Positions 10,140 through 22,840 of a stretch of DNA of 64,000 bases are shown piece after piece (the stretch's first letter is position 1; every line of letters begins with the position of its first letter). This stretch comes from Eledone cirrhosa. Its lineage: Eukaryota. The position numbers were made by a program, and so were the translations under genes. The notes under the pieces were generated by a model. It searched no databases and was not told the DNA's origin. It saw only the letters and a list, made by a program, of their open reading frames with translations. The stretch covers positions 325,810,001-325,874,000 of the forward strand of contig OZ024742.1 in the NCBI GenBank assembly GCA_964016885.1, read 5' to 3'.

Positions 10140-13100
10140 CTTCAAATAACCAAAGTCTTACTCACGTATCAAATATCTTAAAACGCACGCAAGGGTAAAA
10201 AAATAAAAATTTGACTACTGACCAGCAAGCCCACGACGGAAGAAATTAGTCTGAAAATGAAATTGACCTCTTAATAAACACATAGTTTTCTCTGTCCCAA
10301 ACAATAAACATTAACGCGTCATGTCTGAATGAAATTGCTGAAAAAACAGCTCAAATATTTACAACGAGTTCTGCTAAGCAGATAAACAACAAACTAAAAC
10401 ATGTAGAAGTCTCTTTCAAACTATTTCAAAACGATGTTGAAAAACTTCGACATATTTACTCCAATGGACAAAGACGACAGCAACAACAACAACAACAGCC
10501 ACAAACAACAACAACAGCCAGAAAACCAGGAGCAACCACTACTGAATTCAAGCATAATAGCTGAATTGCTGAATGACAGTATCCCTCAACCACTCACTCA
10601 GCCATCATTATCGCCATCACCATCACCACCGTCACCATCTTCTGCCAGATCAACCACTTCTTCTACATCAACTGCTAGTAATGAACCACTGCTCTCTCTC
10701 CCACGACAGTTGTCATCATCATCACCACTAATGCTTTCTTACCCCACATCTCCACCACAGCAATGCCATAGTCAACAGAACTTTAAAAACAATCTATAGA
10801 GCTGTACCCATCCCCCACTACACATACTAGAAACCCCCAAATATGCCGCTACACACAACGTCAGAGGCTATGCACACGTAGCGACTGCATATTTACCCAT
10901 TTACCGGGTACTAGGCGCACTAACACGGCCAGCCAACACCAAAGCACGCTGCCCGCACGTATAGGACGCAATCCAAAAATCTGCCGTGAGAGGCTATGTC
11001 TGCTGACTGACTGTCCCTTCACTCATCTTCCTGGGACACAACGTACGAACAGAAAAGGGGCTCCATGCCAACCCACAAACCACAATAAAGCCACCCCCTG
11101 CTGCGGTAATGCTGCTCCAGTCTCCTAACAAAGACATGATTACAACAACAAAAACAACAAATGTAATGCTGCTCCAGTCTTTTCACAATGACACAATTAC
11201 AACAAATACAACAACAACAAAAGAGGGAACTGCAACCCTATCCAATGTTGTAACCACAAATCCAATCAAAAACTGCTCCCTGAACAAAAAAAAATATTTC
11301 TTATGTTAGCCATGAACCTGGCAAAAGAGATAGAGGAAACATTTTAGCCATCACCCAACACCATTCTTGTTGTCACTAACACACAATCACAAAACAAGCC
11401 CCAGTCAAAACCAGCCACCACACTAGCCTCCACATTCTTACTCAATACACAAGGTATCAGCCCATCCATCAATGCACAGAAATGGAAGATCCAATTCATT
11501 GAGGACTGGGTTGGTAACAATCCATTTTACATCCCCTTTTTCATTCTTACTGAGACCCACCTTGACAACTCCCACTTGGAGGCCGAAGTAAGAGTGAGAA
11601 ATTTCACAACCATCCGTGTGGATCCTGTTGGCAGAAAGAAGGGTAGAACTGCCATTTTCCTGCATGATTCCTTTACGGCAGATGGCATCACAACATTCTC
11701 TAATGGATACTGTGAATCAGTCAATGCGCACAATAAAGCTAATGACATGACATTAGTTGGGCTCTATTGTCCACCACAAACACCCATAATCTGCTTCAAA
11801 GAGTGCCTCAACAGTATTAAATGCTTATTAACCTACATAAAACGAATATTAAACAGTGCCATTCTAGCAACATACTTTTGATGGTAGACTTTAATCTACC
11901 CTGTGTCGATTGCTCTACATGTAGTTTGAAACCAGGCTCCTCAGCCTCAACCAGTGACAAAGAGGCTGTCGAGTCACTTCTTGACTTCATGAATGAGTTT
12001 TTCTTGTCCCAAATTGTCCTTGCACCAACGAGGCATCAGAAGAACATTCTGGATCTAGTGTTTAGTAATCACACTAACACTATACATAATATTACAGTGG
12101 AAAAAAAACCCTTCTCTCAGACGTGAGATTCCACCAGCCGAAAGCTAATCCTAGGATCCTCTCTCCAGCCCACCCATTTAAATGCCAACTGGGATGTAGT
12201 TATGAACGAACTATCACATGTCGACTGGTCTTTTACACACGCACACACTTTCACCAACATCAAAACATCTTGGCAGATCTTTGTAGACACTGTCACAAAT
12301 ATATGTACAAAACACACCCCACCAAAACCTGTGAACAAAACCAAGTGCAGTATCCCCAAAACAGAAAAACAATTATCAGAAAAATAAAAAGAACAAACAA
12401 AAAAATTAACACACTAAAATACTACCAACAGCAACACACACATTCAATGGCTATCACCCTGCTTGAGTAAAAAAAATATAACCTCCAGCAATGCATGATG
12501 ACCATCATCAATAATCAGGGAATAGCTGAAGAGAGGTGGGCCATTGAGAAAATCAAACTCAACCCCAAAGTGTTCTTTTCATTTGCTAAAAAACACAAGG
12601 TCACCGTCTCCACTGTTGGCCCCCTAGTTGATGAAAATGGCACACTCCAGGACAATGCCAAAACCATGGGCGAGATACTGCAGAAACAATACTTCTCTGT
12701 GTTCAGCAATCCTGATATGGCCAATCTGGGCCGTATCAGTGATGTTAATCCCAACACACTATATCAGACATAATGTTTGGCGCCCCTGATGTCTTAGAGG
12801 CAATAAACGAAATTAAACACAATTCAGCAGAAGGCCCTGCAGGTTCCCTGCTTGTGTCCTGAAGGTGTGTAGACACCAACTTGCATCTCCTCTTGCTAAT
12901 CTGTGGAGGAACTCACTGGACACTGGCTATATTCCTGAAAACTTTCTGTCCCAGTCCGTTGTCCCAGTCTTCAAAAAGGGAAAAAAGTCCCTTACAGTGA
13001 ACTACCGTCGGATCTCACTCACCGCTCATATTATCAAGGTATTTGAGAGGGTGGTGAGATCACGAATAACCCACTTTCTTGAAAGATACGGCCTGCGAAA

Positions 13101-14380
13101 CTCCAGCCAACATGGTTTCCGTAATGGAAGGGACTGCCTAACGCAGCTCCTGCATCACTTTGACGATGCTTTGAGAGCCTTGGGAGAGGGTTCCAACACT
13201 GTTGTCATCTACCTTGACTTCAGCAAGGCCTTCGACAGGGTTGGTCATAAGATTCTACTGAATAAACTATCCAATGATGGTGTCTCTGGAAGGTTACTAC
13301 AGTGGATCAAACGTTTCCTGACAGACAGAACCCAGCATGTTGTAGTCGGAGGAGTAAAATCAAACCCTGTCAAAGTCAGCAGTGGCGTCCCACGAGGCAC
13401 TGTGTTTTAGCCCACTTCTTTTAATCATCTACATTAATGATATTACTGACATCATCAAGCACAGCAACATCAGAATCTTCGCAGATGATTCCAAGCTCCA
13501 AAGGGTCATCAATGAGGTGAGTGACCGGACTTGCCTTCAGTCAGACCTACTGGCTGTTATCCAATGGGCAGAAATGAATAATATGCTGTTAAATGAGGAT
13601 AAATTTTAATTAATCCACTTTGGAAAAAAGGATGACCTGAAACTACAATACTCTCTTCCTTCGGGTGAAACTCTAGTGGCATCCAACAACATCAGAGATC
13701 TGAGAGTAATTGTGGACAACAATATAAGCTGGGTCACTCATATAAATAGCAAAGTTGATATAGCCCGCAGAATTTGTTCTTGTATTCTTAGAACTTTCCA
13801 GTCAAGAGATATCCACACTGTTATCCTTCTCTTCTCCACTTTTTCCCGATCCCACCTTGAATACTGTTGTCCACTGTGGTCACCCCACACGAAACAAAGT
13901 ATCATGAAAGTTGAAGCACCCCAAAGGTCAATAATAAAGAAGATAGATGGCATGACAGGCCTTGACTATTGGAGTCGATTAAAAAAGCTCAAAATGTATC
14001 TGTATGATGTGGAAAATATTCCATCAGCTTAGCCCAAATGATGTTGGCATCACCTTTAATGTACACCCAAGGCTTAGGCCCCGTGCTATCCGCCCACGAT
14101 AAAAATCTCACTCGGATCACATAACAACAATACGGCACAATTATTTCACCTCAATTGGCCCTGCACTCTTTAACACCAAAACACATCAAAGCAGAGACAG
14201 ACTCCATCAAGTTCAAGAAGTCTTTGGATAAATTACTTCAAGAAATCCCGGATAAGCCTCCTCCACCCGGATATGCCTCCGTAAACAATAACTCTCTGCT
14301 CGAGTGGGCCATGGTGCCCAAACACTGATTTGTAAGACTTTGCAAGGTGGTGCTATTAAGTTAGACATGGCCTGGGCCAA
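10140..14380 (+). mobile_element. Decayed CR1/L2-group LINE (ORF1 with CCCH fingers, APE endonuclease, RT)
   Basis: Endonuclease motifs LTETHL, VDFNLP and PTR..NILDLVF. RT motifs NYRRISLT, QHGFRNGRDCLTQL, YLDFSKAFDRV, SGVPRGTV, FADDSK and HLEYCCPLWSP. Many frameshifts. The 5' boundary is approximate. Confidence 0.9.
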
Positions 14381-14426
14381 TACTATATATAATATATATA
14401 TAATAATTGTATATATATATATATAT

Positions 14427-14477
<51 letters not shown>

Positions 14478-16422
14478 CACACACACACACACGCAGATAT
14501 ATATATATTATCATATTACATTTACATTTAATATGGAAACAGACAAGCTGGATCTTGCTGGATATATAGAATTATTTTCCATTTCTGAAATATGTTTTCT
14601 AAATTGTTTTCCACGATAAATGTATTTCAGAAAGTTATGTTATTTTGTCATTAATTTTAACATAGAAACTCCGCATCCATATGTCTATGGTCTGTCATAG
14701 TATTATCAAATGTTCTACTCAGCAACTTTCTATTACTTTACCACATCAATAGAATTATAAACCATAGGATTTGAATGTGGAATATATAGCGATGTAACTA
14801 ATATTGATATCGTGTAAGGTTTGATTACTTTTTTCCAATATTTCGATATAACTGGTACTTGCTTGTTAAGGGTTTATTAGAAATATTATTTGAAGGACGA
14901 GGCGATTTATACCCACAACGTAAAGTCTGCTCAGTATCCCGAAGTATTTAAATTCTTTCTCAAGTGTTACGTCCATCAAATGGATTCGATTCCAAAAAAA
15001 GTCTATATATTTCTAATACAGTTGGTATATCAGTGTAATTTTCTCTGTTGTTTTGGAAATATGTTGTTATGTTCGAAGCTTTAAATAGCTTGGACTACTG
15101 ACTACTAATGCCTGATACGATCCCATTCATAAAAATATCTTCTGCAATATGCCATTATCTTTTTTCAGATGAAGAATTATTTCTCGTGTACTAAACATCA
15201 TGATGGCTTGCGTTGGCACACGCTTTTATTGATTGCAATACATCATGTCTTAGTGGTTAGTGACATCCACTTAAATATTAACGTAACGAAAAATATTCTA
15301 CTGAATATGACATGACATATTTACAGAATACTCATTGAAAAAAAAGAATATTATCATACGATATTTATTCCAGACTTTCCTTTATGTAATTATTGGTTAT
15401 GAAGAAATGATACAACGAGTAGTAACACAAAAAGCAGATTTTACTTTTTAAGAGTAAAACACATTGCTACGTAGTAATTTATGTTTGAAACACTAACGAG
15501 GATTGGTAATTCCTCTTTACATTTTGATACAATAATAAATAAAATATGTGTATCATCCTTCACTTAATAATCATTATATCCGTTGAAGGACTTAATTAAA
15601 TGTTCAATTTTGGAGAAATGGAATGCAAGTATCCTAATGTGCTGTAAGAAACTATTAATCATAGAACTTGCAACATATTTACGTCTAACCTAATCCATTT
15701 TTATTATAACGATTCAATAAACACAGAAAATACAATACACGTCAGGCAAAATAGAGGGTGCATGTGAGTATTTGTATTTATGCAAATGTAAGTGGTTTTA
15801 TGTGATATAACATTTTCCATAAATATCCGCATCATCGTATGTTTCATATCACAGTGTAGGAAATGTATTACAAAATGTATCAATGAAAGTTAGGATGCAT
15901 TTCTATTCCTGTTATCAAAGCTAGAGGTATAAATATATATGCTTTCAGGCAGATACACTTATAAACTAATATATATTAGATATGTGTGAAACTCGTAAAC
16001 GCGAATGGTATGGTTAGATCTTTGGGGTATAATCGTGAGGTTGTGAGTTGGACTATTTCACATTCCTCCTCTTATTTTGCGCTCACATTGGCACCAAGTG
16101 GTATCGGCTTTGGTCTTTCCCTTATACAAAATCAGTGGTGGCAAGAGTGGAGCCTGATATATATCGGAATACATTGATTTACCACAATAACGATATGCCC
16201 GAGCTTGTTCCTTTGAGAGGAATTTCCAGGTGCAAATCTTATAGTCATTAGTGATCGAAAGAAATCTTTACCCTTTTTAAATGAAATTCGTTTAATGAGA
16301 AAAGTGAAATTAATTTTGGAGTCCAATATGCTCCAACTTATTTCGCATTTCTTTTTGTATTAAGTGTTTTCTCCATTTAAGAACACAAATGTTCCATAAT
16401 GCCCACACAGACATACACACTC

Positions 16423-16510
<88 letters not shown>

Positions 16511-16513
<3 letters not shown>

Positions 16514-17236
16514 AAAAAGTATGACCCCGGCGGCAGAGCTCAAGCCGTTTCGACGGCTATTTCGGGACTAAATTAGAATTTTTAGCCTGGTGAATAAATA
16601 GCCGAACTTGTCAAGGGGGTACTTCCTTATATGAGAAGATTTTAGTTGTCAAGAGGATTGGTTAAAATTTGTTGCAAACACAAATAAGTCTATCATGGCA
16701 TTTGGTGGAAGGTAGGGGGTGGCTGAACTTGCCTGTAGAACAATAGAGGAGTGAGTGGAGCGGTCAAGCACTGAAAGTGATATGTATACAGCAGGTTCTT
16801 ACAATCTGCTGTATAGAGAGGGGGGAATGGAGAGAGAGGAAGAGATAGAGATAGAGAGGGGACAGACGATAGCTATGGGATGGGTGTACATTGAGTTCAT
16901 ATTTGTAGTCCTCGCTTGCTTTTTTTCATCCACTGAATTATTTTTGTATAAGTTCCCTGTGCCCACGCTTTGCCTGGGAAGTTAGCTGAGAACAGATCTC
17001 CCTGATGACGAAAGGATATTTCTCCATGTTGTTCCAATCGGAAACCATGTTTATTCCCTTTCAGAAACTAATTAGTTGGAGTGAAATTTTAGTAGGTAAG
17101 TAAATTTTTATAATTTTCTTATTTTACGTCTTTCATATAATTGTTCTGCATCCCCTTGCACTGAACCACAAAGTTACTAAGACAAAACCTATATATTTGC
17201 TAGCATAGGTATATATCTGGTAGATATATACTAATT

Positions 17237-17240
<4 letters not shown>
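16511..17240 (+). mobile_element. ORF-less (TA)n-flanked element with a plus-strand HHR and a decayed minus-strand HHR
   Basis: HHR at 16998-17081. Its 5' end is shared with 1374 and 17323, and its 3' ~140 bp is shared with 17551-17708. Confidence 0.7.
16998..17081 (+). ncRNA. Type I hammerhead ribozyme with long stem II and palindromic loop III
   Basis: ctcc-CTGATGA-c-gaaagg..catg..ttcc-aatc-ggaa..catg..cctttc-a-GAA-ACT-AATT-AGT-T-ggag. Confidence 0.85.
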
Positions 17241-17320
<80 letters not shown>

Positions 17321-17325
<5 letters not shown>

Positions 17326-17467
17326 AAAAGAGCCAGGACCCCGATGGCTGAGCTCCGACCGTTTCGACAGCTAGATTCGCACTAAACCACTAGAATGGTG
17401 GCTTAGTTCGGATCTAGCTGTCGAAACAGCCGTAGCTCAGCCGTCGGGATCCTGACTCTTTTCCTAT
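17321..17467. repeat. ~147-bp imperfect palindrome (fold-back)
   Basis: ataggaaaagagccaggaccccgatggctgagct... pairs with ...agctcagccgtcgggatcctgactcttttcctat. Confidence 0.9.
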
Positions 17468-17729
17468 TATCCACTCTACTACTTAATACTAAGTATTAAG
17501 TACTCTGGTGCGTTATAGTCCACCTGGTATCTTATCACACCCTCTTTGTTGTAAGTTAATTTTTATAATTTTCTTATTTTACGTCTCTCATATTATTGTT
17601 CTGCATCCCCATGCATTGAACCACAAAGTTACTAAGACAAAACCTATATATTTGCTAGCATAGGTATGCATCTGTATATATATGTTAGTAGATATACTAA
17701 TTCTTTATATATATATATAGATATATATA

Positions 17730-17810
<81 letters not shown>

Positions 17811-17973
17811 GGGAGAGAGAGATTGAGAGAGAAAGACCGAAATATTTAAAATCAATTGACGACTAAATAGACATTAATAATAGGATTTGAAGTACCTCTT
17901 TTAGTTTTCAATTGATTTAAATATGTTTATGTTCTATATTCTTCCACAAGAAATTAGTATATATTATTTCATA

Positions 17974-18616
17974 CTAGCCGAATTATCCGCGCGTTGCTGC
18001 GTTTCACAATTCTTTTTTGTAAGAAATGATAAATGATTTTAAATCAATGATATAATTTAGGGAGAAAAAACTCTGCATTTCAATATTACTCAATGTAACA
18101 TGTAATAGGAAAACATTATTTTTTGTAATATATCAAATCAAAATTACATTATTATATCTTATTCGTATCTTGTTTCTAGTAAATATTTTTTAAAAATTTC
18201 AACTCAAAACTTTATAATTTCATTTTTGTGTAAAGCATTATTTTCAAATTAGAAATTCAAAGTTCCAATACTCAAGTTAGGGGCTTCCAAACTTTCCACT
18301 ATAGGGGGTTTAACCTCATTAAGCTGCCGTAATATTATTGCAATTTGCTGTAATTTTGTGAATAGGCCACATATCTTGTCATTTAGCTATGGTTTAAATT
18401 TCATATAAATCGAAGTGTAAACATTTTCAGCGGGGGTTTGTGCCCCCCCCCCCCCGGGGAACCCATAGATTAAAACGAAATATACTTATCCAAGTACCCT
18501 GGGCAATGTAGTTCAGAATATATATGGTTATGGAGGTCCATCTCCAAAAACATAGGAGGAGTTCGTGAACAAACAAACAAACAAACACACAGGAACTAAA
18601 ACTTTATATATAGAGA
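17974..18616 (-). mobile_element. Non-autonomous Helitron
   Basis: The minus strand begins TCTCTATATATAAA followed by (TTTG)n. It ends with the hairpin CGCAGCAACGCGCG about 10 nt before CTAG. It is inserted between A and T with no TSD. Confidence 0.8.
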
Positions 18617-18696
18617 TGCTTGGTTTAGATTTCTGATATTTGGCCGTGATATCATTAAGTAATAGTTGATTATATGAATGTGCGTCGAAGTCGTGT

Positions 18697-18961
18697 TAGA
18701 AGAGAAGTCAAAAATATTTAATTAATTCTGTTAATATCGGGATTGGAAACGAATGGGAGCAACCGAACCGTGATGAAGATAACTATACTGTTTTATATAG
18801 GTTTATATAAAAACATGTGCACCCACACGCACACCCATACACACACACAGACACACAGACACACACATACACAGACACAGACACACACATATATACACAC
18901 ACATACACATATACACATACACACACACACATTTATATATATATATATATATATACATACA

Positions 18962-19004
<43 letters not shown>

Positions 19005-19227
19005 TATATATATATGTATGTGTGTGTATATATGTGTGTGTGTCTGTGTCTGTGTCTGTGTACGTGTGTGTCTGTGTGTCTGTGTATGGGTGTGCGTGTG
19101 GGTGCGCATGTTTTTATATATACCTATATAAAACAGTATAGTTATCTTCATCACGGTTTCGTTGCTCCCATTCGTTTCAAATCCCGATATTAACAGAATT
19201 AAATTTATATTTTTGACTTCTCTTCTA
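18697..19227. repeat. Inverted repeat with ~215-bp arms around a (TA)n core
   Basis: 18697 to ~18910 is the reverse complement of ~19010-19227. ORFs 18743(+) and 18933(-) share ETNGSN.TVMKITILFYIG. Confidence 0.9.
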
Positions 19228-19238
19228 TATATATATAC

Positions 19239-19943
19239 ATGGAAAAGAATGAAACGAAATTTCATTTCTCACTCTTAGTACGCCTGATACCTAAATATAA
19301 GTATGTATACGTACATATATGTGTACAAACGTACAGTAGTATGTATATATATATAAATACATGCACACATATATACGTATGGCTTTACCGAACATGTATT
19401 ATAATGTTCGGTTTGTTTGTAAACAAACATCCCGTATTACGCCGTACAGTGCTCAGCAACCATCGTCGCCCTTTTGTTCAACACTGACACAGGAACGATG
19501 TACTAGTTTCAAGTTGATTAGCTATCGTCAGCATCGTATACCTCTTCTGTCAGATGATTGAACGTCTGAAAGTATATACTTTCCTTATGAATATTAACGG
19601 CTGAGCAGCCTAATTTGCATATCGAGTGAGTTAGTCGGCTGGGCGTACCGAAAACGATAAATGGAAAAGAATGAAACGAAATTTCATTTCTCACTCTTAG
19701 TACGGCTGATACCTAAATATAAGTATGTATACGTACATACATATATGTATACAGACGTAGAGTAGTATGTATATATATACATACATGCACACATATATAT
19801 ATGTACGTATGGCTTTACGAACATTTATTATAATGTTCGGTCTGTTTGTAAACGATGGTTGCCGAACACTGTACGGCTAATAATTCGGGCTGTTTGTTTA
19901 CAAAGAAACCGAACATTATAATAAATGTTCGGTAAACCCATAC

Positions 19944-19982
<39 letters not shown>

Positions 19983-20009
19983 CATATATGTATATACATA
20001 CTACTGTAC

Positions 20010-20011
<2 letters not shown>
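19239..20011 (-). mobile_element. Retrozyme-like non-autonomous element: 422-bp HHR monomer plus partial direct copy plus inverted copy
   Basis: 19239-19424 is repeated at 19661-19853. 19329-19466 is inverted at 19852-20011. HHR at 19495-19537. (TA)n flanks. Confidence 0.75.
19495..19537 (-). ncRNA. Minimal type I hammerhead ribozyme
   Basis: acgatg-CTGACGA-tagctaatcaactt-GAAA-CTAG-TA-catcgt. Stem I is 6 bp, loop III is the palindrome CTAG, and stem II is weak. Confidence 0.8.
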
Positions 20012-20095
<84 letters not shown>

Positions 20096-21247
20096 CAATT
20101 CTGTATTCATATAACTAAAATTTTATATTTATTGTCATCGCTTATACCTTTTTTGCGTTTTCCATCTACGTGTGCGTGTGTCGTGTGTGTTTATCTGTAT
20201 ATGTGTGTATGTGTATGTTAGTGAAAAGGCGGTAGGGGAGTGTGTGAAAGAAAATAAAAGAAAAGTTATATGCGGTGACAATTAATATCAAATTTTAATT
20301 AAATAAAAATTAGGAGAATAGCAATGTAGTTAATTTGCAATTTGTATAACTGCTGGATATGACTTGATAATTGCAATATATTGTAGGGTTCAGGCAGACA
20401 CTCGTAAATCATCTGTAATTTTTTTTCCTGAAGCTGACTAATGACTAGATACCACTATAGTAATATGATGTCACTACATCAACACTTTTTCTCTTGATAA
20501 ATATTTAACATGACCTTTGAGTAGTCGAGTGACCTTCTAGAATTAGCAGACAAATTTCACTGATATTACATTTTAACATCTTATATTATAAAAAGACACT
20601 TGAGAATATATTGTAAGTGCGTGTAGTGCATTTCATCATGGATTTGCTCAGGCAGGCGTGAGATTCGGCTATACAGCAACTACTATAACAATACACTGTT
20701 GCATGATATTCTTTTAAAGGTAGAATGTAAAAAATGTATATTTTGAATATGTAAATGATATTAGAATATAATAACCTGCTGTAGATACTAAAATAGGCAC
20801 ACTTTTGTAACATATATGTTATTATAGACCTACAGTAGAACCATTTACCCCTAGTCGTGTAACATGCTTTATGTTCGAAGTTTCTTTTACTTTTTAACGC
20901 TTCTGTGATGTAGCAATAGAACTAATAGGATTGAATATTGATTTAACTGCTCATTTTACTTATCTATGTATCGCTATTATAGGGAATATACGCCTTACGG
21001 TTCGAAATATTGTTTACTTATTTAATTGTTATTCTTTTATTCCAAAATATATAGTTATGAGGACCATAGCGTTGGCCAACCTAGATTTGCCAGGCTCAGA
21101 TTAGCCCCAATATAATACATTTATGATCAATGACATTCCAAATGTAACATTCAAAATGACTTTCCTAGCCACAGAAAGCTCAGGATCACATTATCTGTAT
21201 TATTTTTCAAAGAATGTGTAAATTGAGCGGTGTTCGCTCGCCATATC

Positions 21248-21383
21248 CAGTGCCGAATTTAGGACAATGAAGCCCTGTGCCAAATAAGTAATGAGATCTC
21301 ATAGTGGACCCTGATGCGGGTAGGCCCATAATAGCTTCGCACAGTAAGGTGGGCCCCTAAGCCCAATGGAAAATTGAACACTG
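21248..21383. mobile_element. hAT-like MITE
   Basis: TIRs cagtgccgaattt / aaattgaacactg. 8-bp TSD gccatatc / accatatc. Confidence 0.65.
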
Positions 21384-21652
21384 ACCATATCTAGCTTGTG
21401 GCGTTATAACAATCTACGATATTCCAGAAGTGACCATGCAATCCCCTTTCCAATCATATTACAGGTAAGATCATATTATTCAATGTGTCTTTCTCTAGAA
21501 ATATAGGGTACAATTTGTGGTAGACTTGACTGCCCTTTTATTGCCCTTCGTGTGACTACGGGTTCTGTAGTTGAAATGTATTCTTTCCTTATTACATTTT
21601 TGTAGAGTGTTTCCCATTCTGTAATCTCCGATAACACACAGTTTATTCGTTT

Positions 21653-21840
21653 CGGTGGATTGGCAGTATCGGTAGAGGGTCGGACGCCATGCTTTCCAGC
21701 ATAGTTACGTCCCTTTACGATCTGAGTTCAAATCCTGCCGAGGTTGACTTTGCCTTTCATCCTTACGGGGTCGATAAAATAAAGTACCAGTAATGCACTG
21801 GGTATTTGCTGGCCTTGTGCCTAATGTAGAAACAATTATT
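21653..21840 (+). mobile_element. tRNA-derived SINE (dominant family in the window)
   Basis: A box tggcagtatcgg, B box gagttcaaatcc, central gcctttcatccttacggggtcgataaaataaagtaccag, and an attatt tail. Confidence 0.9.
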
Positions 21841-21909
21841 TCTAATAATCTCGCCGCATAGATCATAGATATACTTGGTCAGAGCTAAAGCAATAACAAC
21901 GATAAAGGG

Positions 21910-22092
21910 AATAATTGTTTCTACTTTTGGCACAAGGCCAGCAATTATCCTAGTGCATTACTGGTACTTTATTTTATCGACCCCGTAAGGAGGAACGGCA
22001 AAGTTAACCTTGGCGGGATTTGAACTCAGATCGTAAAGGCCCGTACCTCCATTCTGCAAAGCATGGCGTTCGACCCTCTATCCATCCTGCAA
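21910..22092 (-). mobile_element. SINE, same family, tail-to-tail with the previous copy
   Basis: Reverse complement of the 21653 consensus. Confidence 0.88.
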
Positions 22093-22616
22093 AGAGAATA
22101 ATGACAGTTATTTGCCTAATGTACACAGCAGAGCAGAAAATATCCGCTTACGAATGTATATATAGTACCACAAGATGTAGTATGGATTAAATGGATTAAA
22201 TGTATGAAAATATGAAAAAAACAAACCTTTAAAGCATTGCTATTCTACCGCAATTATTTGTTGTCATTTAAATGTTCAAATAATACAGAGTAACCACAGG
22301 TTTCATATATCGTCATATGTGTTTACATTTAATGAATATAACGTTGAATGATAAAAATATTCTTCCACAAGAAAAAATCAAAGATATTTAAATATACTAC
22401 CCATCTTACAATATGTATTAGTACTCCTCAATATATCATGATGGCAGAACTGAATGTATTTTTCTTTAACACTTTATATAACAACCCACCCAATATCGTC
22501 TTTATATTGTTTTAAAAAATACGAATTTATGGATTAAGGAATCCCTATATAAAATATAACATTTCTAGAAATGTTAAATATGACCAATGTAGTAACGTGT
22601 GTTCTAACTAAGCTAT

Positions 22617-22840
22617 TAATAATACTTTCTACTTTAGTCATAATGTCAGCAGTTTTCGGGGCGACCGGGATGTCGATTTAATCGATTCCAGTGCATTCAT
22701 GGTACATAATTTAACGATCCCGTAAGGATGAAAGGCAAATCTAACCTCGACGGAATTTGAACGCAGAACTTAAAGTGCCGTAACTCTATGCTGGAAAGCA
22801 TGTTATCTGACGCTCTACCGACACTGCCAATCCACTGCCC
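22617..22840 (-). mobile_element. SINE, same family, diverged
   Basis: gatcccgtaaggatgaaaggcaaa...ctgccaatccactgccc. Confidence 0.8.

Noticed and set aside
21653-21740. tRNA genes
   Set aside because: The A/B boxes belong to SINE heads, and there is no complete cloverleaf.
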